46,395 nt of DNA from a virus (lineage: Duplodnaviria; Caudoviricetes): positions 1 through 46,395 of the IMG/VR virus record IMGVR_UViG_3300024265_000092. The stretch is one strand, 5' to 3'. The position numbers were made by a program, and so were the translations under genes. Below, in pieces: positions 37,022 through 44,694 of the stretch. The notes beneath the pieces are model-generated. The model saw only the letters and a program-made list of their open reading frames with translations, made no database searches and was not told the DNA's origin. Each line of letters begins with the position of its first letter. Within the stretch, counting starts at the first letter, position 1.

Positions 37022-38511
37022 AAGAAATTCACTTCAAGATCATTCGTCGTGATGCCGCGACGGTACCGATCGATCGCAGACTTCAACCCTTCCTGGTCAT
37101 CGACCTTTCGCTCAAGCGCATCAGCCACCGCCAGATCCACCGTGTCATTGCATAGGATTCTGATGATTGACACAGGTCGAGTCTGGCCCTGTCGATTGAT
37201 GCGACCATTCATCTGCTCATATAACTCAAGCGACCAGTTCAACCCGAACCACACCAGTATCGACCCACTGTCCTGTAGCCCGTCGACACCATGCCCCATG
37301 CTGGCTGGGTGGCCGATCAGCAGCTTGATCTGACCGTTGTTCCATTTGTTGATGATCGCTTCGGTATCTTTCGATGGGGTATTGGTCAGGTTGACTGGGT
37401 GATACTTTTTGAATTTCTTCATCATCCGTTCAGCGTCAGCCTTGAACGTGTAGCTGCAGAGCACCGGCGCACCACCTGCTTCCTCAAGCACATCCTCAAG
37501 TGCATCCAGCTTCGCATCGTGCAGTGCCTCAAACTCAGGTGACTCGCTGCTCAGGTACGGTGACCCGTTGGCGAACTGGCAGCATTTATTCGACACACTG
37601 CTGCGACTGAACACTTCAACCTCAGAGCCACTATCGAGCTGGGTGAACATGTGCTTCTCGACTTCCTGATATGCCTTGCGTGCTGCTGCAGGCAGGTCGA
37701 CCATGACGTTCGTGACCTTGCAGTCAGGCAGGTCCAGGTAGTCAGCCGCGTCCATCTTCTTTGTGATGTCGCTGACCTTGTGCTCAATCCACTGCTTACC
37801 GAGTTCTGTCGGTGAGTAGTTCCACCCGCTGTAGTCCGACATGAAATAGTTGTCTTTGTAGTGAGTGATGTATTCACCCAGTCGCTCACCCCCATCAACA
37901 GCGAGGAACTGACCGAACAGGTCCAGATAACCGTTGCTTGCCGGGGTACCGGTGAGGCCGGTGCGGTACTTGAAGTGGGGTATAATCTTGCGCCAACCGG
38001 TGACCTTGATCTTGACTGCCTCACCGCGTCCATCTTTGCGGTCACGGGTGCCACCAGCCATGCGCAAAGTGGTACTGTTCTTCAGCTTCGACACTTCGTC
38101 ATACACCACCATCTGAAACGGCAGCGGCTTGTCTTGTGACAGGTAGTAATGATCGAGTTCCTGAGCCAACCAGTTCATTGATTCGTAGTTGATCAGATAA
38201 ACGTCGGCATCAGCGAACAGAGCACGCCCACGCTTCTCCCTGGTGCCGTGGATCACGCTGAAGCGCAGATGCTTGGTGTGACTCCACTTGCGTGCCTCAC
38301 GTGCCCACACAGCCTGTATGACCCGCAGCGGACCGAAGATCAGAGTCTTCTGCACCTGACCGCTGCGCATCCTGTCGACAAGGGTGGTCAGCGTGATGGG
38401 TGTCTTGCCAAGTCCCATCTGAAGCCACAGCATTGAGTCAGGGTGCTGCAACTGGTGCATGACGCATTCGCGCTGGTAGTCGTGGAGCTGTTGGGGGTGG
38501 AGTAAGGTCAT
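37018..38511 (-). CDS. SNF2-family helicase
   Basis: LHDYQ, MGLGKT, YDEVS, LTGTP, HPASMGHG.DGLQ, Q..GRI.RQGQ. Confidence 0.92.
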   Translation of the reverse strand: MTLLHPQQLHDYQRECVMHQLQHPDSMLWLQMGLGKTPITLTTLVDRMRSGQVQKTLIFGPLRVIQAVWAREARKWSHTKHLRFSVIHGTREKRGRALFADADVYLINYESMNWLAQELDHYYLSQDKPLPFQMVVYDEVSKLKNSTTLRMAGGTRDRKDGRGEAVKIKVTGWRKIIPHFKYRTGLTGTPASNGYLDLFGQFLAVDGGERLGEYITHYKDNYFMSDYSGWNYSPTELGKQWIEHKVSDITKKMDAADYLDLPDCKVTNVMVDLPAAARKAYQEVEKHMFTQLDSGSEVEVFSRSSVSNKCCQFANGSPYLSSESPEFEALHDAKLDALEDVLEEAGGAPVLCSYTFKADAERMMKKFKKYHPVNLTNTPSKDTEAIINKWNNGQIKLLIGHPASMGHGVDGLQDSGSILVWFGLNWSLELYEQMNGRINRQGQTRPVSIIRILCNDTVDLAVADALERKVDDQEGLKSAIDRYRRGITTNDLEVNFF

Positions 38512-38717
38512 TTGTGATACCAATTATAGAATCGTCGAAGTCCGTAGCTGCGCACCAGTGAGATCACGGTGTAGATGGTGCCGAGCCACAGGTTCTGCTC
38601 GATGCTGATCTGCCAGCCGAACAACGGGAATAATGTCATGTTGGCGATGAAGTTGATGGTGTAACCGATCAACACATTCATCACCGCTTCTGTGGCTGAC
38701 TGCTTACGCGATTGCAC
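38508..38717 (-). CDS. Small two-TM conserved phage protein (DUF7220-like)
   Basis: MQSRKQS..EA..NV.IGY......FP.FG......N......T..S.VRSY..RR.N; GAGAGG RBS before GTG 38717. Confidence 0.75.
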   Translation of the reverse strand: MQSRKQSATEAVMNVLIGYTINFIANMTLFPLFGWQISIEQNLWLGTIYTVISLVRSYGLRRFYNWYHK

Positions 38718-39786
38718 GAAGCAACCTCTCACCGATCCATTGAACACATGGTACTGCTTTAGTGTTGCCGTAGGCTTTATATTGCGGACTATCAGGACAC
38801 TGATCAGCAGGTTTTCCACGCCAAGGAATCCTACAGTGATCGTCAGGGAAGCCTTGCAATCGGGCGCATTCAATCGGCATGAATTTTCTAGCGGTACCGT
38901 CTGCGAATACGCCACCAGGGTATTGCGATGTGGTCAGTGTTGACGCAATGTGTTCGTCAAATTTCATTTGCGCAGGTTGACTATTCACGTGAAAACTTAT
39001 AACAAAGTTGAAACCGTCAGCACGTGGATAATCGTTGCATGTAGTCTGCAGAGTCGCTGCTATGTCTGACTGCTGATTGCCTGCAATACAGATCTGACTG
39101 CTGCTGGCAACTTCTTCCCGTGTTTGTCTAATCGGCGCAATATCCCGGCGCACGCCTTCTGACTCAAAAAGTACTTCTGTGGGATCGAACCCTGATCTAG
39201 CACTTGCGACAACGAACACACGCTTGCGTCGTTGGGCCAGTCCGAAATATTGGGCATCAATGACCCGCCACGCGACTGCTCTTTGGGGTCCATACACACA
39301 ACCAGCGTTCGACCATCTTTTCCCTGATGGCTGCAGTTGATCATCTTCTCCTGCGAGTGCTCCCAGAAAGCAGCCGAACGCATTGTCTTTTGAGCTGAGT
39401 ACACCGGGTACATTTTCCCAGACGCACACTGCTTCTGGCTTTCCTGACTCTCGCCTCTCGGTATCAAGAACATCTAGCAACCTCACATATTCAATAGTTA
39501 ATTGACCGCGCTCGTCACTTAAACCCTTACGTGCGCCTGCGACACTGAACGCTTGGCACGGTGTACCGCCAACTAATACATCAGGTGCTTTCAAGATGCC
39601 GAGCGACAACATATCTTTTATTTGAGTCATGTCACCAAGATTCACCACGTCGGGGTAATGATGAGACAGTACGGCTGCGGGGAACGGTTCAATCTCACTG
39701 AACCAAGCAGGTGTCATACCTAAAGGCTCCCATGCCACAGATGCAGATTCAATACCACTACAAACAGACCCGTACTCAATAGTCAC
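38704..39786 (-). CDS. C5 cytosine DNA methyltransferase
   Basis: SVCSGI, SEI, GDM, GGTPCQAFS, ENVPG, QRRKRVF, P.EC.RLQGFP, YGN (motifs I-X). Confidence 0.93.
   Translation of the reverse strand: MTIEYGSVCSGIESASVAWEPLGMTPAWFSEIEPFPAAVLSHHYPDVVNLGDMTQIKDMLSLGILKAPDVLVGGTPCQAFSVAGARKGLSDERGQLTIEYVRLLDVLDTERRESGKPEAVCVWENVPGVLSSKDNAFGCFLGALAGEDDQLQPSGKRWSNAGCVYGPQRAVAWRVIDAQYFGLAQRRKRVFVVASARSGFDPTEVLFESEGVRRDIAPIRQTREEVASSSQICIAGNQQSDIAATLQTTCNDYPRADGFNFVISFHVNSQPAQMKFDEHIASTLTTSQYPGGVFADGTARKFMPIECARLQGFPDDHCRIPWRGKPADQCPDSPQYKAYGNTKAVPCVQWIGERLLRAIA
39060..39473 (-). CDS. Overlapping +1-frame ORF resembling the beta polypeptide of two-component C5 MTases
   Basis: KMYP...RGGSLMPN..DWP.....CSLSQVL....P.KYFLS.KAC.GILRR...GKKLP, fully nested in the MTase gene. 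Confidence 0.55.
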   Translation of the reverse strand: MFLIPRGESQESQKQCASGKMYPVYSAQKTMRSAAFWEHSQEKMINCSHQGKDGRTLVVCMDPKEQSRGGSLMPNISDWPNDASVCSLSQVLDQGSIPQKYFLSQKACAGILRRLDKHGKKLPAAVRSVLQAISSQT

Positions 39787-40121
39787 AACTGAACCCCCGC
39801 AGCAATGACACCTTGCACCATCGACATCTGACTCATTGTTTTGATCATCTCAGCGATCAACTCATCAACCTGCTGCTCACCGTAGACGATCGTCGCTCTG
39901 AACCCCAGCTTCGTCATACGGATGCGCTCACGCTCCTGTGGTCCTGACTCGGTGCCGTCAATAGTTTTCACCTCGACCAACCACAGCAACCCACCGGGGA
40001 GGAAGCAGAGATCATCAGCGACACCATCATGTTGTGGGCTGACGAATTTGCGAGTCTCCCCCCCCAGTTTCTTCACCTCTGACTTCAGGTACCGTTCGAC
40101 CTTGTTCTCGCGTACACCCAC
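39783..40121 (-). CDS. VRR-NUC domain nuclease
   Basis: E..VE.YL...VK..GG...KF.SP...GV.D......G....VEVK...G...Q; AAGGAG RBS before GTG 40121. Confidence 0.85.
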   Translation of the reverse strand: MGVRENKVERYLKSEVKKLGGETRKFVSPQHDGVADDLCFLPGGLLWLVEVKTIDGTESGPQERERIRMTKLGFRATIVYGEQQVDELIAEMIKTMSQMSMVQGVIAAGVQL

Positions 40122-40414
40122 TACATGAACTCCTTCAACCGATGCATCAGATCCTTGTTCAGCTCTGCCCACGAATAAGGGTTGTGCTGGTTCATGCGAT
40201 GCGAGTCACGACACTTCATGAACATGTCGCGCAGTAGCATCTCAGCACGAACCTCACGACTGTGCGGTTCTTCGGCCAACTCCCTGCGTGCGGCGATGAT
40301 ACAGTTGCTGATGCGATGGCGAACAGGTGTCTCAGCGATATCGTCGTTCATTTTCTCAAGTGCCATCAGCCGTTCGAGCATCGACTTTCTGATTCGTGCT
40401 TGATCCTCAGTCAT
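40121..40414 (-). CDS. Hypothetical protein
   Basis: Coupled (ATGA) within the - strand operon. Confidence 0.65.
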   Translation of the reverse strand: MTEDQARIRKSMLERLMALEKMNDDIAETPVRHRISNCIIAARRELAEEPHSREVRAEMLLRDMFMKCRDSHRMNQHNPYSWAELNKDLMHRLKEFM

Positions 40415-40761
40415 GAGTGCTTCCTCAACGGTGTCATGTTGGATTTGTGCGACGTAATCTCGCTGCTGAGGTGCTGGATGCAGGTGTTGATACCGGTCAA
40501 AGTCGCTTGCTTGAACTCAGTAACAAGCACACTGTTTGTTTCAACAGCATCGCGAAGCATCATCATTTGACCCAACGCTGCAACAGGGTTGCCCGCGTAC
40601 ATCTTCGACACCTGCTTCTCAGTCTCAAGATCAGCGGTGGCAGGGTGCAGCGCGGTGACGCTGAGCATGTGACCCTGCTGGATCATCTCTTCGAGCTGGT
40701 CAGACGCGACGAACTCACGCGACTCACCGTTGCTGAATTGGATTGTCACTGTGGTATTCAT
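40411..40761 (-). CDS. Hypothetical protein
   Basis: Coupled within the operon; GGTGA RBS. Confidence 0.65.
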   Translation of the reverse strand: MNTTVTIQFSNGESREFVASDQLEEMIQQGHMLSVTALHPATADLETEKQVSKMYAGNPVAALGQMMMLRDAVETNSVLVTEFKQATLTGINTCIQHLSSEITSHKSNMTPLRKHS

Positions 40762-41543
40762 GACTCATCACCTTCAATGAATTTGTTCAGCTTCATTTCG
40801 ATGATCGGACGCAACGCTTTGTAGAACTGACCATGTTCATTATCTCCGTGATGACTTTCAACATTGTCATAGAACTCATCAATGGTGCCGCTGAAGCAGC
40901 CACGTGATATCGCGATCTGACCGGCAATGATGTATGCCAACAAGTACCCACTTTCGCTGCCTACGTTCGCAAAACCAATATGGTTTCCACCCCAGATCTC
41001 GCCACCCCAGATCACGCCACCGTGGATCACGCCACCCCGGATCACGCCACCGTGGATCACGCCACCCCAGATCTCGCCACCCCAGATCTCGCCACCCCAG
41101 ATCACGCCACCCCAGATCACGCCACCGTGGATCACGCCACCCCGGATCACGCCACCCCAGCTCACGCCACCGTGGATCACGCCACCCCGGATCACGCCAC
41201 CCCGGATCACGCCACCGTGGATCACGCCACCCCGGATCACGCCACCGTGGATCACGCCACCGTGGATCACGCCACCCCGGATCACGCCACCGTGGATCTC
41301 GCCACCGTGGATCTCGCCACCCCAGATCACGCCACCGTGGATCTCGCCACCGTGGATTTTAGCACGCGAAAAAACAACAACATCAGGGTGAATCCACGCT
41401 TTGTCACCGAGTGATGATTCGTCTTCAACCCAACCACCCAGGTCGCCTTTCTCGACACAATCGAAACTAACTTCAGCTTTGATCTGAAATAATGTGCGAC
41501 CGTACTTGACCATTGTGTTACTGGTTAAACTGAACTTTTTCAT
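40758..41543 (-). CDS. Beta-solenoid repeat protein with 24 GG[VE]I[HRW] pentapeptides
   Basis: N-cap KKF.LT.....GRTLF.IKA..SF..V.KGDLGGWVE.E and C-cap GCF.GTIDEF...V...HGDN.H...Y, typical of phage repeat proteins. Confidence 0.8.
   Translation of the reverse strand: MKKFSLTSNTMVKYGRTLFQIKAEVSFDCVEKGDLGGWVEDESSLGDKAWIHPDVVVFSRAKIHGGEIHGGVIWGGEIHGGEIHGGVIRGGVIHGGVIHGGVIRGGVIHGGVIRGGVIRGGVIHGGVSWGGVIRGGVIHGGVIWGGVIWGGEIWGGEIWGGVIHGGVIRGGVIHGGVIWGGEIWGGNHIGFANVGSESGYLLAYIIAGQIAISRGCFSGTIDEFYDNVESHHGDNEHGQFYKALRPIIEMKLNKFIEGDES
40992..41351 (-). repeat. 24 x 15-bp coding tandem repeat GGTGGCG[TA]GATC(CAC/CGG/TGG)
   Basis: Units counted from the translation; one variant (GGVSW). Confidence 0.9.
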
Positions 41544-41578
41544 CACTGTCACCGTGTCTTGTTTATTGAAGTTTTACA

Positions 41579-41607
41579 ACTGTAGAACATTGTGCCACAT
41601 CAGTCAA
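41579..41607 (-). promoter_or_regulatory. Sigma70 promoter with operator, overlapping the pol stop codon
   Basis: TTGACT-GATGTGGCACAATGTTC-TACAGT. Confidence 0.6.
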
Positions 41608-43636
41608 GCAATGGCTGCACCAGCTTCGTCGCTTCCTTGATGTACCATTCGTGATTCAAGTCGAGCATCGGGTACCCACCATCAGGTGCTTCAAGCAAGT
41701 CATCGAGGTTGTTACAGATCTGCACAGACCAACCGGTGTTGATCCCCACCCGGCGTTCTTCATACACTGACTTATTCTTGGTGTGAATCCGCTCATCCCA
41801 CACACCCGACCCCACCTCAGTCATGACCTGGTTGAAGTACGCGTCAGTCAACTTGTTCGCACGCTTGAACTCACCTTCTGGTCCTGCTGGCAGCATCACC
41901 TTCTCAAGTGGTCGACCCTCAGTGCTGATGTAATAGCGCACGATGTTCTGCACCTGCTCACCACCCCACTCAAGCGATGAGCTGCGGGGTACCTTGGTGC
42001 GCAGGAAGAAGTCGAAGATGTCGTCGTGGTTGGTGATGAACTCACGGATGTCTTCACCGCGTACCAGTGCAGCTTCAGCTGCCATCGCCACCACGCGTGA
42101 TGACCAGTCTTTGTGATACGGCAGTTCCCTGGTGCCGGGGTTCTCTTCAGCTGTCTCATGCGCATACTCACCGATTCGCTTCAGCTTACCACCCTGCTTT
42201 TCTGCCATGTAGCTGTTGACATCACGGATGAACATGCGGTCATACAGTGATTCCTCAAGTTCGAGATTTGTCAACTGTTCCCACCATCGACAGACCGACC
42301 GAGTGTGGTCGACGTATTCAAGTGGGCACAAGTAGGTGATACCGTCAGTGTTGGCTTGGATCATGCGCAAGCCCGGCACCTTCAGCATCTGCTCAGCTAA
42401 CATACACAGCAGCAGTTGACCGTTGATGGTGATTGACATGGTGTAGTTCAGATCTAGGAACGGACTGTGTTCATTCGCTGACCCACCGTATGCGCCATTG
42501 AGTGCCAGCTTGAATGCCTCGTTCTCAGGGGTACCTTTCGGGTAAGTCTTTCGAGTGTGGTAGACACCAAGGTAAGCATCACAGAACGCTTGACCGAGGT
42601 GTGCAGGGGACAGGTGGTTCTTGATACCTAAATTCGGATAAAAACTAGCAACGTCAACGTCAACAATTTGATACCGATCATCACTGCAGACGACCTGAGA
42701 TTCGACCGATGCGTGGATACCACCGGTGCCGAACTTGTATGCCACGCCGTCGACGTCAGCGATCAAACCCTTGAACACACCTTTCGTTTCGGTGATCACC
42801 TTCGACTGCAGGAACACCAGGATATTCTGAAACTCCACTCGTTCAAATGCCACGTAGTCGAATATCACTTCAGCCAAGTCGATGCGCTCACGCACGGTTT
42901 GACGCTTGACTTTCTTTTTACCCTGGTACTCGAAGCAGGGTATGCCAGCCTTCTCAATCTCAGTGACCAGGATCGTCTGACCGATCTTCACATCACTCAT
43001 GTTCATCATGTTCTTGCCGAACGTCGCACTCAAACCTTCACGCATCTTGATGGCTGACTCAGTTCGATCACAGAACTTGTCGGTCGCATCGATGTCGTGC
43101 CACATGTAGTCAGCGAGTACATCGATCTGATCATCGGTGAGCACGGTGCCGACAGGGAACGGCAGGTCTTCGATATTGCTCATGCGCATGTTGAATTCTA
43201 GGATCTTCAGACTGGTCATCTTTGACGGGTTGTCGAAGTGGTGGATCTTGAACAGGTCGATCTGCGGCACGATCCAATCAGATTCCCACACCATGTGCGC
43301 GAACTTCGCAGGACCATGCGACCCGATGATTGCCATCGCCTTGTCATAGATGTTCTCGTATGTGATGCCGACATGCTGGTTCTTGTGAATGAAGTGCATC
43401 ACCGGGTAATCGAACCCGACACTGTTGAACCCGACCATGCGGCACTTGTGTTGACTCAGAATGTCGACGAACCGACACAGCAGCTGCAGGTCGTTGCGAC
43501 GTGGACTGATCTCGAAGTACCACTTGCGTCGGGTCGCACGGTGCAGGAAGCCTACGGTGAACACGTTCGGGAATGTTTCCTCATCATACACCAGGTCACC
43601 ATCGGTGATGCCGAACAGGAAGTCAGGGTTGGTCAT
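41600..43636 (-). CDS. Family B DNA polymerase with 3'-5' exonuclease
   Basis: Exo motifs D-E-E-T, FN...FD and Y..HD; pol motifs DVASFYP, K...NGAYG and NTDG. Confidence 0.88.
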   Translation of the reverse strand: MTNPDFLFGITDGDLVYDEETFPNVFTVGFLHRATRRKWYFEISPRRNDLQLLCRFVDILSQHKCRMVGFNSVGFDYPVMHFIHKNQHVGITYENIYDKAMAIIGSHGPAKFAHMVWESDWIVPQIDLFKIHHFDNPSKMTSLKILEFNMRMSNIEDLPFPVGTVLTDDQIDVLADYMWHDIDATDKFCDRTESAIKMREGLSATFGKNMMNMSDVKIGQTILVTEIEKAGIPCFEYQGKKKVKRQTVRERIDLAEVIFDYVAFERVEFQNILVFLQSKVITETKGVFKGLIADVDGVAYKFGTGGIHASVESQVVCSDDRYQIVDVDVASFYPNLGIKNHLSPAHLGQAFCDAYLGVYHTRKTYPKGTPENEAFKLALNGAYGGSANEHSPFLDLNYTMSITINGQLLLCMLAEQMLKVPGLRMIQANTDGITYLCPLEYVDHTRSVCRWWEQLTNLELEESLYDRMFIRDVNSYMAEKQGGKLKRIGEYAHETAEENPGTRELPYHKDWSSRVVAMAAEAALVRGEDIREFITNHDDIFDFFLRTKVPRSSSLEWGGEQVQNIVRYYISTEGRPLEKVMLPAGPEGEFKRANKLTDAYFNQVMTEVGSGVWDERIHTKNKSVYEERRVGINTGWSVQICNNLDDLLEAPDGGYPMLDLNHEWYIKEATKLVQPLLD

Positions 43637-43639
43637 TGG

Positions 43640-43717
43640 TTACACCGAATAAAAGAGGATGATTGCGATCACTGCTTTAATGATGAGGTCAATACTTTCG
43701 TATAGTGTCATGTCCAT
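43640..43717 (-). CDS. 25-aa single-TM peptide MDMTLYESIDLIIKAVIAIILFYSV
   Basis: AAGGTGA RBS; fills the gap between terminator and pol. Confidence 0.45.
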   Translation of the reverse strand: MDMTLYESIDLIIKAVIAIILFYSV

Positions 43718-43731
43718 TGTCGTCACCTTAG

Positions 43732-43756
43732 AAACAAAGCCGGGTGTGACCCCGGC
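43732..43756 (-). terminator. Terminator after ssb
   Basis: GCCGGG-gtcaca-CCCGGC-TTTGTTT on the - strand. Confidence 0.65.
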
Positions 43757-43764
43757 ACGATTGA

Positions 43765-44682
43765 TTAAACGAACGACGGTTGAATTGCCAGACCTTGATC
43801 GAGCAGCATCTGATCATTCCAACCCGGTGTCGCCATGTACTGCTCGTAGGTGACCCCGTTCGCTGCGGCTGTCATGACCAGCTGCGCAGGGGCAACAGGA
43901 GCAGCAGGGGCAGCAGGGGCAGGAGCAGCAGGAGCAACAGGAGCAGCAGGAGCAGGAGCAGGAGCAGCAGCAGGAGCAGCAGGAGCAACCGGTGTCGGAC
44001 GTGTCGCCAGACCTTGATCGATCAACATCTGCTCAGTCCACCCCGGCGTTGCAAGGTACTGCTCAAGCGTCACACCGTTCGCTGCTGCTGTCATCTGCAG
44101 TGCAACAGGTGCTGCAGGGATCGCTGCACCAGGTGCTGCAGGAGCAACCGCAGGCGGGGTGGTAGCACCCACGTTGGCGAACATCTGCTCAGTGCTCGGC
44201 TTGCCGTCGAGTCGACCGAACTGACCCAGTTCACCCGTGCTCATCACACCGTTGAGCCAACCACCGACACCACCGGTGCCCTTGACGTAGCCGCTGATGC
44301 CCGCGCTGACGTGAACCATCATGCCGCTGTAAACTGCAGCAGGGTCGATGATCGCTTGACGACCCATGTCGACCACAGCAGGGCGATCATCAGCCTTTGC
44401 TGAGCAGGTGAACGCGTACCAACCGACGAAGCGAGGATCGTGATACTCCTTGTCGGGCGTGATCTTCTTCTCATACAGATCGAAGCACAGGTTAGCGTTC
44501 GCTGGCATACCCGATGGGAACGTATTCTGTTTGGCAGCGTTTACCTCAGCCAACAGCGCAGTGATCTGCGGGTCGGTAGCAGGGATCAGCACCATCGCGC
44601 CGAACTTAGGGTCACCGCCAGCTTTTGGAACTTTCGCAGTGAACAGGTCACCGAAGGATAAAATACCTGAGATTAACGGCAT
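43765..44682 (-). CDS. ssDNA-binding protein (DUF2815 / gp2.5-like) with a duplicated C-terminal module
   Basis: G.LSF..LF......G..K.....LIP; P.VVD.......D...VYSG......Y....GV...LN motifs. Confidence 0.85.
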   Translation of the reverse strand: MPLISGILSFGDLFTAKVPKAGGDPKFGAMVLIPATDPQITALLAEVNAAKQNTFPSGMPANANLCFDLYEKKITPDKEYHDPRFVGWYAFTCSAKADDRPAVVDMGRQAIIDPAAVYSGMMVHVSAGISGYVKGTGGVGGWLNGVMSTGELGQFGRLDGKPSTEQMFANVGATTPPAVAPAAPGAAIPAAPVALQMTAAANGVTLEQYLATPGWTEQMLIDQGLATRPTPVAPAAPAAAPAPAPAAPVAPAAPAPAAPAAPVAPAQLVMTAAANGVTYEQYMATPGWNDQMLLDQGLAIQPSFV

Positions 44683-44694
44683 GATTTTGTTACC

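Noticed and set aside
40992-41351. CRISPR array or GATC/SeqA array
   Set aside because: The units are contiguous with no spacers and in frame within a capped protein. The GATC arises from the [VE]-I codons.
40927-41414. + strand ORFs (PPWIT, SRHPG, DHATP repeats)
   Set aside because: Stop-free shadows of the 15-bp repeat, antisense to the real gene.
826-43728. Recurrent GGTGAC before many starts as a novel regulatory box
   Set aside because: It is explained as the GGTGA part of the Shine-Dalgarno sequence.
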